IMG/VR virus record: IMGVR_UViG_3300029268_000020
Coordinates: 1-57,661 of that record
Source: a virus
Taxonomy: Duplodnaviria; Caudoviricetes
Direction: 5' to 3' (one strand)
DNA: 57,661 nt
Shown here: positions 29,831-40,237 of the stretch, one piece after another
Position numbering within the stretch: the stretch's first letter is position 1
Layout of the letters: each line of letters begins with the position of its first letter
Translations under genes and position numbers: made by a program
Notes under the pieces: model-generated
Seen by the model: only the letters and a program-made list of their open reading frames with translations
Told to the model about the DNA's origin: nothing
Databases searched by the model: none

Positions 29831-31507
29831 ATGGTTTATAGTCCGATGTATGCCGGGGAGATGGGGGCGCTGCGGCGGCGGCGGACGATGGACGCGGCGG
29901 CCGAGGATGCTTATGGCGAGAACCTCCAGGCGCGGCCGGCTGAGGATTCGGGGCTGGCGCCGGGCTACGGGGCCGAAGGCGCCTATTATGAAAACAAGCT
30001 GGAGCGCTCGCTGAGCCCGGGCGGGCTGGGCGTGCGGCGCAACACGGCGCGGGTGACGAGCTCGCGGCTGCTGGAGCCGGCGCGGGATATCTGGGGCGGG
30101 GCGGGGACGGGGACGGGAGAAGGACAAAGGACGAAGGACAAAGGACAAATTGAAGGACAAATAGCAGGAGCGGACGGGGGCGTCCGCGCTCCCAGGGGGG
30201 CGCTGAACGTGGCGCGGGGGACGGGCGCGGGGACGGTGGATAAAGCGGCGGCGGCGGCGGACAAGGCGCGGGGAACGGCGTTTAAGGCGGGAGTCCAGGA
30301 CATCACCTCGTATTGGGACGATCAGGAGCGGCGGGCCAAGGATGAGATCGGCGACGTTGTGAGCGCCAACCGGACGCTGCGCGGGGGGATGCTGCGCCAG
30401 GGTTATACGCCGGCGAGCACAGACGCGGCGCTCAACACGGGCGACACGAGCGGGCTGGAGCTGGCGCCGGCCAAGGTCAAGCCGGCCGATCCGGATTTGG
30501 AGCTGAAGCGGCGCAAGATGTGGGAAGGACTGAGCAATAACCGGGCGCCGCGGCGGACGGATAAGAAATACGTCGATGCCGGGATCAAGGGAGACGAGCT
30601 ATTCAGCCAGGACCAGGCGGCGCATGATGCGCGGTGGCTGGACTATCAGGCCAAGCATCCGCTGCCCGAGCCGGGGGCGACGGCGGGGACGGCGGGGGCG
30701 GCAGGTGGTGCGCAAGGTGGTGCGGGTGGTGCGGGGATTCAGGCCCGACTCGATCAAACCGCCAGGCAATTTGGACAAGTTAACGTGAACGGTCCGGCAC
30801 TGAACCAGGTGCGCGCCGACCAGCAGGCGGCGGTCAACCCGGAAGGCTGGACGCCGCCCTCGACGGCGGAGGCGGCGGGCAAGGTGGCCGTGCCGAGCGG
30901 ACCGGGGGCTTACGAGCAGTCCGCGGCGGCGTTCGGCGCGCTGCCGATGCGCGAGAAGTTGGCGCGGGTTTCGGCCATGCGGCCGCCGGCGCTGGAGACG
31001 GCGCGGGCAATGGGGATCAGCCCCAGCCTGGCGCCGCCGCGGTTGTCGCCGGCACGGCGAGCGCTGGAGCCACCGGGTTCGAACGAATCCTCGCTCCTGG
31101 CGTCGAATGCAGGCGATGTCATCCGCGATTGGGAACAGCCCAATTATTTAAACCCGGCAAAGCGGGAGATTTTCGGGGACGAAGTTTACAGGGTTCTTGA
31201 TTCAATCCCGGCCAGCAGCGTGAGCAATCCAATCCAGAGACTCAAACCGCTTCCGGAAGTCCCCTATGAAACGCCGACGGAACGGGCGGCGGGAGCCTTA
31301 GCCCCCGCCAGAAAACACGCTTATAACTGGGTCGATACGCTTCCCGAACCGATCAAGCCGCCCCAGCAGTGGGAGGGCTATCCCGAAATGGATGAGGACC
31401 AGGAGATGGCGCACTGGGCCGAGAGCAACATGGACTCGGCGGACCCGGACAAACGGCAGCGGGCGCTGGAGGCACTGCGGATGCTGGGTTATACCTTCAG
31501 CGGATAA
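29831..31507 (+). CDS. Putative internal virion (ejection) protein
   Basis: Ala/Gly/Pro-rich; between the nozzle and the giant protein. Confidence 0.65.
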   Translation: MVYSPMYAGEMGALRRRRTMDAAAEDAYGENLQARPAEDSGLAPGYGAEGAYYENKLERSLSPGGLGVRRNTARVTSSRLLEPARDIWGGAGTGTGEGQRTKDKGQIEGQIAGADGGVRAPRGALNVARGTGAGTVDKAAAAADKARGTAFKAGVQDITSYWDDQERRAKDEIGDVVSANRTLRGGMLRQGYTPASTDAALNTGDTSGLELAPAKVKPADPDLELKRRKMWEGLSNNRAPRRTDKKYVDAGIKGDELFSQDQAAHDARWLDYQAKHPLPEPGATAGTAGAAGGAQGGAGGAGIQARLDQTARQFGQVNVNGPALNQVRADQQAAVNPEGWTPPSTAEAAGKVAVPSGPGAYEQSAAAFGALPMREKLARVSAMRPPALETARAMGISPSLAPPRLSPARRALEPPGSNESSLLASNAGDVIRDWEQPNYLNPAKREIFGDEVYRVLDSIPASSVSNPIQRLKPLPEVPYETPTERAAGALAPARKHAYNWVDTLPEPIKPPQQWEGYPEMDEDQEMAHWAESNMDSADPDKRQRALEALRMLGYTFSG

Positions 31508-31552
31508 GAAGCATGGGAAGCATGGGAAGAATCTGAAAGGGGACCGGCAAGC

Positions 31553-34500
31553 ATGGCAATGGCACCGACCGACGAACTGGCGCGGGTGGACAACTGGCTG
31601 GCGCGCAAACGCGCGGCGCGGCCGGAGACTCCAGGCCCGGTGACCGCGACGGCGGGCGGCGCGGGAAATGAGGGAAATGATGAGTTGGCGCGGGTGGACG
31701 ACTGGCTGGCGCGCAAACGCGCGGGTCGGGCGGCGCCGGCCCAAACTGCGAACACCGGACCGTCTGAAGCCGGGATAACGAACTTAAGACCGGCTGAAGC
31801 CGGGACAACGAACCCGGAGCGGACGGGGGCGTCCGCGCTCCCAGGGTTGCCGGCGGGGTGGAGTTTGAGCCGGGCGCGGGGCGTTCCTGCCGCTCCGGCG
31901 CCGGCGCCGCGGCCGCAGGCGGATTTTCCGCAGGGAGGCGAGGCCTCGCAGACGCTGGAGGCGGCGCGGATGCGGGCGCAGGGGAGTTATCCGCGGCAGG
32001 GATTCAACCAGCCGGATCATAACCGGCTGCCGGCGGGGGAAGCGGCGGCGGGGATCGGGAGCAAGACGATCGCCGGGGCGGCCAGGGTGCTGGCCTGGCC
32101 GGAGAAGGCGGGTGGGGCGCTGACGCGAGTGCTGCGGAATACGCCGGTGGCGCGTGACGTGATGATGGGGTTTCCGACGTTGCGGGATGCGGCGCTGCGG
32201 CAGGCGGCGGGCGACGCGCGACAAAGCGGGGCGGCCGGCGCGGAGAACCTGCCCGAATCAAGGGGGCCGGTGACGCGGTTCGTGGACCGGACGCAGGCGA
32301 TGGCGGACGCGCAGACGCGGGGGATGAGCACGGGCCAGGAGATCGGGGCCGGAGTGGGACAAGCGGTGGGCGAGATCCTGCCGGTGCTGCCGGTGTATGG
32401 CGCGGCGGGCAAGGTGGTGGAAGCGATTCCGGGGATGGCGAGGATGGCCGCGGCGGCCGCGGCGGTGCGCAACCCGGTGGCGCGGGTGGCGGCCAAGGGA
32501 GCATTGTCGGCGGCCAAGGGGGCGCTGTCGTTCGGGGCGGCGGAAGTGGCGCTAAACCCGGACCGGCCGGCCGAAGCGGGGCTGGCGGGGATGAAAACGG
32601 GGGCGGTGCTGGGGCCGTGGGGCGAAGTGGCGGGAAAACTGGTCAAGCCGCTGGCGGCGCGGCCGGCGTTGCAGAAGATTGCGCGGGTGGGAGCCGGGGC
32701 GGCGTTCGGGGCGGGGATGGCGGCGGCGGAGAAGCCGGCGGACGTGAGCTGGCGGCAGTGGGCGCCGGAGATCGGCAAGAGCGCGGGGACGTTCGCGGCG
32801 CTGGACCTGCTGCATCCGACGGACGCGGCGACCAAGCGCAAATGGACCGAAGCGCGCGGGGCGGAGCTGGAGCGGGCGGGGATCAGGACGACGCCGGAGG
32901 AACTGGACGCGGTGCACCAGGCCACGGTGGACGCGGCGGAGCCCAAATGGGAAGAGGAAAAGTTTGACTCGCCGTGGGCCGCGAATGAATGGCGCAACAG
33001 CGAAAGGCATGCGGCGGAGGGGATCGACCCGGCCAGCGTGCGGATGAACGTGGGCAAGGGCGGCCAGACGACGCTGCGCTACACGCGCCTGGGGAACCAA
33101 CCCGAAGACGTGTGGAACCGGTTCGTGGAGCAGAAGATCCAGGGGCAGGTCAACCGAGAGCAGAACCAGCGCTTTAACGCCGCGGAGGATAAACTGGAGT
33201 GGGATCCCGCGGGCGCGCGGTGGGTGCGGCGGGTGAAGGACAAAGGACAAAGGACGGGAGAAGGACAAAGCGCGCCGGCCGGCGCGGCAAAGGACGAAGG
33301 ACAAGTTGAAGACCAGGCGTATCAAGGCCATCGCATGTGGGCGGACTGGACGCTGGAGCCGGGCAGAGAAGGGCAACTGCGGCAAGACTGGGGCCGCGGG
33401 GTCAGTCCGGGCGAGCCGGGCGAGCCGGTGCGGCGGGTGCTGGTGCAGGACGGCAGCGTGGTGCGCGAGGCGACGGCGGAGGAGGCGGAGAATTTCGAGC
33501 GGGAGCTGAGGGGGGAAGGAGAAGGACAAAGGACGGGGGAAGGACAAAGGACAAAGGACGAAGGACAAATGGGGGGACCGGCTGAAGCCGGGACAACGAA
33601 CGTTGGAAATCTTCCACGAGGAGGTGATGCCAATGAAGGGCAAGGGCAAGAAGGGGGGCTGCTGAAAGGGCAGCCCGTGCAAACCGCGCCGGTAGTGGCG
33701 CCCGAGCGAAGCAAGGAACAACCTGCCCCGTTGCTCGCACCGACGGGGCAGGTCTCGGCGGAGGCGTCCGCGGTACCGGTACCGGGGAAAGAGGAGCGGA
33801 CGGGGGCGTCCGCGCTCCCAGGAGTGGCGGAGACGCGGGCGGCGGGACGGAGCGAACGTGAAGCCCTGGCGGCGGAAGCGCGGGCCAGGATGGAAGCGGC
33901 GGCGGCGAAGCAGGCGGGGACGGGGGCGTCCGCGCTCCCAGGAGGGGCGGCCGCGCTCCCAGGAAAGGGCTTGACAGGGGCGGGGGCGGGGGCTAGAACG
34001 GCAGAGGAGCGGACGGGGGCGTCCGCGCTCCCAGGAAAAGAAACGCTCCCAGGAAAAGAAACGCCCCCAGGGGAGGAAACCCATGGTGGACCTTTATCTG
34101 CAGAACGGAATCCGCCTGAGTCTGAAACGCGAGAAGGACGAGAACGGGCGCTTGCTCGTCTTACAGAATCCGTTCGTGCTCGGGCTGCTGGAGGAGGGGG
34201 CGGACTTCATCCCGATCGGGACCGGATCGTATACGACAATACCGGCGCCCGAGCACTTGCGGGGGGCTGGAAAGTTGCCAACCGACTAGCCGAAATCTTC
34301 GGGTTCCGGCTGCATCCGGTGCGCGCCGAGGGCAAACTGGACAACTTCAACGGCGCCGTCGACCCGGAAAATCACAAAACATTATTTTACAACACCAACA
34401 CGGAGGCGCACAAGACACCGGTGGCCTTCGTCATCGGGCACGAGCTGGGCCACGCCATCGAGCTGGAGCTGGGCGCGGGCAGTCCGGTCGTGCGCGCCTA

Positions 34501-37500
34501 CCGCGAGGCGCACGAGGCGGCGTTCGTCAACGCCGAGAATTACGTGCGCAGCTACGCGAAGAGCGTGGGCTTGAATTACGACGCGATGCCGCGGGGCGAG
34601 AAGGAAGCTTATAAAAAGAAAGCCATCGAAGAGCACCGGCAGGACCTGACGGGAGAGAACCTGGTCAAGCCGGAGTTCTGGGAGCGCCTGGCCAAGGTTG
34701 ACCCGGGCGTGTTCCGGCGCACGGCGCGGGCGTTCATCCGGCTGCTGGACAAGATCAAGGAGATGCTGGGGATCGGGATGGATTACCAGGCCGAGCGCTG
34801 GCTGCAGCCGGCCAAGCTGGAGGCGCTGCGGGACAAGCTGGCGGGGATGCTGGGCGAGTATCAGCGGGCCAGCGGGCGGCTGGAGGATTTCAAGCAGCGG
34901 CGGCAGGGACGCCAGATGCACACGGTGCTCTCCTTCGCGGACATGAACAAGAGCACGGTGGCGACGCGGATCATGGACGCCGGCGGGCTGAGCGAAAACG
35001 CCGCGTTCGAGCTGAAGCACCTGGGGGCGTTCGAGGGCATGCAGCCGTGGCAGGTCAAGCGCCTGGCGCCGGAGGGAGGCGGGCCGGTGGACCTGGACGC
35101 GGTGGGCGAGCTGCTGCCGGCGTATCAGGAGCTCGGAGGGATATTCCGGGAGGTGGACAGTTACGGGCGGCCGGGCAAGCAGGACGTGCTGGACTGGCTG
35201 GCGGACAACATGCAGACGCGTTACTCGACGGGCAAACATTACCGGGCGGCGGAGAAGGCGGAGCTGAGCCGCGAGGAGGAGCAATACAACGCCGAACACG
35301 AGCGGGAATGGGCGGGGCTGAGTCAGGAGGAAAGGGAGGCGGCGGAGAAAAGCGCGGAGGGCGGAGTGCGGAGCGCGGAGGGAGAGGAAACGAAGGAAGA
35401 GTCGGATTTGCCGTTCATGGAGCGGAGAGGGAAGGGAGAAGAAGAAGAGCGGACGGGGGCGTCCGCGCTCCCAGGAGAGGACCTGGGGACGATCATGAAA
35501 GGGCGGCAGGGGGAATTAGAAGGACAAAGGACAAAGGACGAAGAACAAAGGGTGCGGGGGCAGGGGGAGCTGTTTCCGGGGGGAATGTTCGAGCAGGCGG
35601 CGGGGAGCACGCCGAGCGCGGAGGCGAAGGTCGGGAAGAAGACGGGGGACCGCAAAGGGCAGATTGCGTTTCAGGAGCGGCGGGGAGAAGCGGCGGCCAA
35701 GGCATTTACGCCGGATTACGATCCCGATAAAACAGGCGAGGTCATCCGGGCGTTGATTGAAAACAGGCCGGTGGCAACGGCGGATGCCTATAAAAACCCA
35801 CTGACGCGGCGGATGTTCGACAAGAAATATCGCGAGGCGCGCGTGCCGGCCTCCCGCGAGGCATTTGAGACTCTGGACAAAATTCCTGGCCGACTGTTTG
35901 CCGACTACATCCAACTCCAGGCCAAACACCCCGAAGAGTTTGCCACGGCACAAGAGGCACAGCGCCATGTGGAATGGGTCATGGAAGCACCCACCGATCA
36001 CCAGCCGGCCAGCAAGGACGGGGCGGTCATCTTCATGCGGCGCAACGGCGGAGACAAGGTGTCGATCGTCGAGTTTGAGAATCAAAAAGGCAAAGCGGTA
36101 AAAGACCGCGTCATCAGCGCCTATACGATGGATGCGGGACAATGGGAGTTTAAATTGCGGGGAGAGGAGAACGATCGGGGCGGGGTTTCCGAGCCCGGTC
36201 CTGCGAGTAAACCCGGCCAAGGCCAGGAACTCTCTCAGGGTGGTGGCGCGCCTTTCGACGCGCTTCGTCCCGATCCCAAAGCCAGTATTCCACCGGGAAG
36301 CCCGGAGGTCAAGAGTGAAGAGAGTTTGGGGACGTTTGAGGCGGGCAATCCGGACATCCGGATGCAGGAGCGGCGGAGTTATGGGGAGCTGGAGCGGGAG
36401 CGGCGGCAAATGAAGGAGACGGTCACGGCGGCGATCAAGGCGCCGGAGATCAAGGAGGTTGCCGAACAACTGAGCTGGGCGGACCAATATAAGGGCAAGG
36501 TGCGGGAGCGGAAGGCCAAGCTGGAGCAGACGCGGCGGGCGGTGGAGCGGCAGTCGCAGGCGCCGTACGGGCAGGACACGTCCGGCTGGAAGGTGCGACC
36601 GAAGAAGCAGGCGGACGGGGGAGTCAAGTGGGAGGTGCAGGACAAGGGCGGACAACTGATGGCCGGCCCTTTCACGACCGAGCGCGAGGCCGAGGCGGCG
36701 CGGGACAAGGCGCGCGGGGTGGTCACGGTGGCGCAAGGGGCGGCCGAGCTGAGGCGGCGGATCGAGAAGAGCTCGGTCAAGGCAGAGCAGGAGCGCGCGC
36801 TGGCGACGGCGAACATGACGATTGAGAAACTGATGGACGGGCCGCTGGAGGCGGCGAAGCGTCCGCAAACGATGAGCAAGGCGATGCAGGTGCTGATGAG
36901 GGTTTCGGGCGACGTGCGGGAAGAAGAGGTCCTGGCCGAAACGCGGCCGACCGAGGATGTGTTTCGCGCCGGGCTCAAGCAACTGGAGGAGAGTTACGGG
37001 ACAGACACGCCGCGCCACAAAGAGGCGCTGCAAACCTACCGCAATCAGATCGAACAGGCCGATCAGTTGGCCGCCGCGATGCAGGCGGACGGCCAGGCGA
37101 CGGAGGCGGCCTACGAAACGGCGCTCAGGGGTTTGTTCCCGAACGCGCCCAAGCGGATCGCCGGGTTGAAGCGGGCCAACGGCGGCAGCGCCAAAGAGGC
37201 CGTGAACAAGGTGCGCGAGGTTTTCGACAAGGAAATGACCCGGATCACGGCCAAGGACACGACGCGGCTGATGGCGCGGGTCAACGCCAAGGATTTATAT
37301 AACGACGCCCAGACGCCGGGGCACAATTACCGGCAGCAGTGGGAAATGTTGACGGGCCAGGATGAAGCATTCCGCGAACTGCGGCGGAAATACAGCGAGG
37401 CGCTGGCGGCGCTGCGCAAAACAGAGGCGGAAATCAAGGCCGGCACGGGAGGCCGGACGGCTCCGACCGAGGAGCGGGCGCTGGTGGCGCATTTGCGGGG

Positions 37501-40135
37501 ATCGATCGACCGGGCCGTCGAGCAATTCAACCGCGAAACCGGGCTGCACCTGACCTCGGCGACCTACAAAAGCATGGGCGCGATGCAGCGCCTGGGAGAA
37601 CGCATCACCAAAGCCGAGGGTTACCTGGACAAAATCCGGAAGCACGGGGCCTTGCCGGCGGAGATCGAGAAGCAGCGCGAGAAAATCGCGAACCTGAAGG
37701 AGGATATCGAATTTGAGGCGAAGGCGATGGACTGGCGCCAGGCGGAGGAAGTCAACCGGGCGCTGCGGCAGATCAAGGCCGACAGCGAACGGATTCAGGA
37801 ACGGGAAAAGCGGGAGCGCAAGAATTACCGTGACCTGATGGCCCAGGAGGGCGAGGAGATCGCCGAAGGAAAGGACATGCTTTCGGAATTCGTGACGGGC
37901 GCGGCGAAGGGCGCGGCTCCGGCGCGCGCGGGCGGAGTTGTTGGAGCGCTCAAGCATTGGTACGGGCCGATGATGGACTCGCTGGAGCCGCTGACGCTGC
38001 GGCTGGTGGGCGGTAACAAGGGCGCGTTTCTGTATCAGATGTTCGAGAAGCTGCGCGACGGGGTGCCGGGCGCGATCTCCGGCGGGCAGCGGGGCAAACT
38101 GGATGACCTGGCCGCGGCCAAGCGCCAGTTTAATGAGGCGATGGACCGGGAGGGCGGCGAAGCGGAGTTGATGCGCTGGCTCAGCGAGCATCAGGAATAC
38201 CAGGTGGGCAACGGACGGTTCCGGCTGACCATCGGGCAATTGCAGGATCTTTATTTGCTCCACGGAGATCCCGAGGCGATGGCGGGGCTGATCATGGCCG
38301 GCTGGAAAGCCGAAGCGCAACGCGGCCTGAGCCTGGCGGGGCGCGACGTGGCGCAAGTGATGGACGAGCAGGGAAATCTATCGCCGGAGAAGATGCTGGA
38401 GGCCATCGAGGAGTTGATCGCCAAGTTGAGCCCCGGACAAAAACGCATGGCCGACCTGATGCAGAAAATACACAGCGACTATGCCGGGACTAAAGGCAAC
38501 GCGGCCGGCAACCGGATGCGCGGTTTCGAGCCGTTCCTCAATAAGCTGCACTGGCCGATTATGCGCGATCGCAGCGCCAGCCCGTTCCGTAAAGTGACGA
38601 CGGAAGACATGGGAAAAGCCAATTCCGGACAGCCGGTTTCGCTGCTGAATCCGGCCTGGCAGACGCGGCGGGTGGTCAACCGCAACCCCATCGTGCTGCG
38701 CAACGCCTATGAGACATTTATCGAGCAGATGGAGGACCTGACGACATTCGTCCACGTGGCCGAGCCGTACACGGACATGATCAACGTGCTGATCAATCCC
38801 AAGGTGGCGACCGAGATCAAGACGCGCCATGGCACGCAGGCCTATGAAATGGTGCTGGAGAAGGTGGCGCGGGCGGCGGGAATCGAAGAGGATTCGCCGA
38901 GCAAGGTCTGGGATCCCATCACGGGAATCACCAAGAAGGCCAGTCGCGGATTCGCGGTGATGCAACTTGGATTCAAGGCCACCAGCGCCCTGAAAAACTG
39001 GTATGGCAGCGCGATGCTGATGGGCGCCGAGCTGGCCAAGGAACACCCGGAGCTGGGCGGCCAGTTCTGGAATACGTTCAAATTATTAACGCCGTCATTC
39101 GCCGCGAAAATCGGGGGGAAGGAATTCGCCTTCAGCGCCAAAGACAAGGCGGCGCTGGACAGAATCATGCAAAGCGGATTCTTTTACGACCGTTGGGTCA
39201 GCGATCCGCTGCGCGTCTACGGCAACATCAAGGGCGAGACCAGCCAGGCCATGAGCGCGTGGAAGCTGAAAAAAACGCAATTGGCCAATGCCAGCGCGAT
39301 GGGCATGGTCAAGGGCGAGCAGTCCACCGTCATCTCGCTTTACAAGTTACTGGTGCAGAACGGCTACACCCCGGAGCGGGCGGTGCGGACGGCCGAGCTG
39401 CTGACGCGCCGTTCGAACAACGCCTCAACCGAGATGGAAGACAGCACGCTCAACACCAAGGTCCGCAACACCGGGGCCTCGCTGCTGTTCCCGTTCATGA
39501 GCCAGACCTATACGGCGCGCTCGATGTTGATGCGCGACATGTTGCAATACCAGCATCTCAAGCGGACGGGCCAGAGCGTCCAGCCGGCGGTGGTCAACAT
39601 GGGGCGGACGATGGGGGCCTGGGTGGCGTCGGGGCTGGCGGATGCGGCGATGTATTACACGTTAACCCTGGCCAGCAGCGGGCTGATTGGACGCGACAAG
39701 GACGAGAAGGAGAAGCAGATGCTGGCCGATCGGCGGCTCGAGCTGCTGGTCGACGTCGGAACCAACGTCCTTTCCACGATCGCGCCGGGGTCGGGAATAG
39801 TGACGGAGCCGGGAATCAAAACGTTGAAAGAGGTATTGACGGCCGAGCCGGGAAAGCGGGCGGCGGCGGCTTATAAAGCCTCCAGAAACATGATGGACCT
39901 GGTCGGGGGCATGCCGCCCGGCCAAATAGTGCGAGCGGCGGACGATCTTCGCACTCAGGGCTACGGGATGTACCGGGATGGGTATGAACACTGGCGCCTG
40001 CAAAAGATGCTGGTGGACGCCTCGCGACTGGGGGGAACGGCCGCGGCCCTACCCACGGGAGGCATCGAACAGGCAGTAAAGGCGGGTTACGGGGCGGCGA
40101 CGGGAAAGGAGTGGGGCTGGAAGGAGAAGAAGTGA
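31553..40135 (+). CDS. Giant polyvalent internal virion/ejection protein (2860 aa)
   Basis: Size and position; HELGH zincin motif, PBECR-like nuclease-fold segment, helical C-terminus with hydrophobic segments. Confidence 0.85.
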   Translation: MAMAPTDELARVDNWLARKRAARPETPGPVTATAGGAGNEGNDELARVDDWLARKRAGRAAPAQTANTGPSEAGITNLRPAEAGTTNPERTGASALPGLPAGWSLSRARGVPAAPAPAPRPQADFPQGGEASQTLEAARMRAQGSYPRQGFNQPDHNRLPAGEAAAGIGSKTIAGAARVLAWPEKAGGALTRVLRNTPVARDVMMGFPTLRDAALRQAAGDARQSGAAGAENLPESRGPVTRFVDRTQAMADAQTRGMSTGQEIGAGVGQAVGEILPVLPVYGAAGKVVEAIPGMARMAAAAAAVRNPVARVAAKGALSAAKGALSFGAAEVALNPDRPAEAGLAGMKTGAVLGPWGEVAGKLVKPLAARPALQKIARVGAGAAFGAGMAAAEKPADVSWRQWAPEIGKSAGTFAALDLLHPTDAATKRKWTEARGAELERAGIRTTPEELDAVHQATVDAAEPKWEEEKFDSPWAANEWRNSERHAAEGIDPASVRMNVGKGGQTTLRYTRLGNQPEDVWNRFVEQKIQGQVNREQNQRFNAAEDKLEWDPAGARWVRRVKDKGQRTGEGQSAPAGAAKDEGQVEDQAYQGHRMWADWTLEPGREGQLRQDWGRGVSPGEPGEPVRRVLVQDGSVVREATAEEAENFERELRGEGEGQRTGEGQRTKDEGQMGGPAEAGTTNVGNLPRGGDANEGQGQEGGLLKGQPVQTAPVVAPERSKEQPAPLLAPTGQVSAEASAVPVPGKEERTGASALPGVAETRAAGRSEREALAAEARARMEAAAAKQAGTGASALPGGAAALPGKGLTGAGAGARTAEERTGASALPGKETLPGKETPPGEETHGGPLSAERNPPESETREGRERALARLTESVRARAAGGGGGLHPDRDRIVYDNTGARALAGGWKVANRLAEIFGFRLHPVRAEGKLDNFNGAVDPENHKTLFYNTNTEAHKTPVAFVIGHELGHAIELELGAGSPVVRAYREAHEAAFVNAENYVRSYAKSVGLNYDAMPRGEKEAYKKKAIEEHRQDLTGENLVKPEFWERLAKVDPGVFRRTARAFIRLLDKIKEMLGIGMDYQAERWLQPAKLEALRDKLAGMLGEYQRASGRLEDFKQRRQGRQMHTVLSFADMNKSTVATRIMDAGGLSENAAFELKHLGAFEGMQPWQVKRLAPEGGGPVDLDAVGELLPAYQELGGIFREVDSYGRPGKQDVLDWLADNMQTRYSTGKHYRAAEKAELSREEEQYNAEHEREWAGLSQEEREAAEKSAEGGVRSAEGEETKEESDLPFMERRGKGEEEERTGASALPGEDLGTIMKGRQGELEGQRTKDEEQRVRGQGELFPGGMFEQAAGSTPSAEAKVGKKTGDRKGQIAFQERRGEAAAKAFTPDYDPDKTGEVIRALIENRPVATADAYKNPLTRRMFDKKYREARVPASREAFETLDKIPGRLFADYIQLQAKHPEEFATAQEAQRHVEWVMEAPTDHQPASKDGAVIFMRRNGGDKVSIVEFENQKGKAVKDRVISAYTMDAGQWEFKLRGEENDRGGVSEPGPASKPGQGQELSQGGGAPFDALRPDPKASIPPGSPEVKSEESLGTFEAGNPDIRMQERRSYGELERERRQMKETVTAAIKAPEIKEVAEQLSWADQYKGKVRERKAKLEQTRRAVERQSQAPYGQDTSGWKVRPKKQADGGVKWEVQDKGGQLMAGPFTTEREAEAARDKARGVVTVAQGAAELRRRIEKSSVKAEQERALATANMTIEKLMDGPLEAAKRPQTMSKAMQVLMRVSGDVREEEVLAETRPTEDVFRAGLKQLEESYGTDTPRHKEALQTYRNQIEQADQLAAAMQADGQATEAAYETALRGLFPNAPKRIAGLKRANGGSAKEAVNKVREVFDKEMTRITAKDTTRLMARVNAKDLYNDAQTPGHNYRQQWEMLTGQDEAFRELRRKYSEALAALRKTEAEIKAGTGGRTAPTEERALVAHLRGSIDRAVEQFNRETGLHLTSATYKSMGAMQRLGERITKAEGYLDKIRKHGALPAEIEKQREKIANLKEDIEFEAKAMDWRQAEEVNRALRQIKADSERIQEREKRERKNYRDLMAQEGEEIAEGKDMLSEFVTGAAKGAAPARAGGVVGALKHWYGPMMDSLEPLTLRLVGGNKGAFLYQMFEKLRDGVPGAISGGQRGKLDDLAAAKRQFNEAMDREGGEAELMRWLSEHQEYQVGNGRFRLTIGQLQDLYLLHGDPEAMAGLIMAGWKAEAQRGLSLAGRDVAQVMDEQGNLSPEKMLEAIEELIAKLSPGQKRMADLMQKIHSDYAGTKGNAAGNRMRGFEPFLNKLHWPIMRDRSASPFRKVTTEDMGKANSGQPVSLLNPAWQTRRVVNRNPIVLRNAYETFIEQMEDLTTFVHVAEPYTDMINVLINPKVATEIKTRHGTQAYEMVLEKVARAAGIEEDSPSKVWDPITGITKKASRGFAVMQLGFKATSALKNWYGSAMLMGAELAKEHPELGGQFWNTFKLLTPSFAAKIGGKEFAFSAKDKAALDRIMQSGFFYDRWVSDPLRVYGNIKGETSQAMSAWKLKKTQLANASAMGMVKGEQSTVISLYKLLVQNGYTPERAVRTAELLTRRSNNASTEMEDSTLNTKVRNTGASLLFPFMSQTYTARSMLMRDMLQYQHLKRTGQSVQPAVVNMGRTMGAWVASGLADAAMYYTLTLASSGLIGRDKDEKEKQMLADRRLELLVDVGTNVLSTIAPGSGIVTEPGIKTLKEVLTAEPGKRAAAAYKASRNMMDLVGGMPPGQIVRAADDLRTQGYGMYRDGYEHWRLQKMLVDASRLGGTAAALPTGGIEQAVKAGYGAATGKEWGWKEKK
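33633..33665 (+). CDS. Nested micro-ORF MKGKGKKGGC (+1 frame)
   Basis: AGGAGGT SD 7 nt upstream of the ATG. Confidence 0.35.
   Translation: MKGKGKKGGC
33971..33999 (+). promoter_or_regulatory. Putative internal sigma70 promoter
   Basis: TTGACA-N17-TAGAAC. Confidence 0.45.
34083..34289 (+). CDS. Nested overprinted 68-aa ORF (+1 frame)
   Basis: GGAGG SD, upstream promoter-like site, globular-looking sequence while the host frame is low-complexity. Confidence 0.5.
   Translation: MVDLYLQNGIRLSLKREKDENGRLLVLQNPFVLGLLEEGADFIPIGTGSYTTIPAPEHLRGAGKLPTD
36284..36312 (-). promoter_or_regulatory. Putative antisense promoter inside the giant gene
   Basis: TTGACC-N17-AATACT on the minus strand. Confidence 0.35.
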
Positions 40136-40237
40136 GAAGGACAAAGGACAAATTACAAAGGTCAAAGGAATACGTGCCGGGTGTCCAATAGAGCGGGCCA
40201 GACACGGACTAACACGGACTAAACGGGAAAGAACGGC

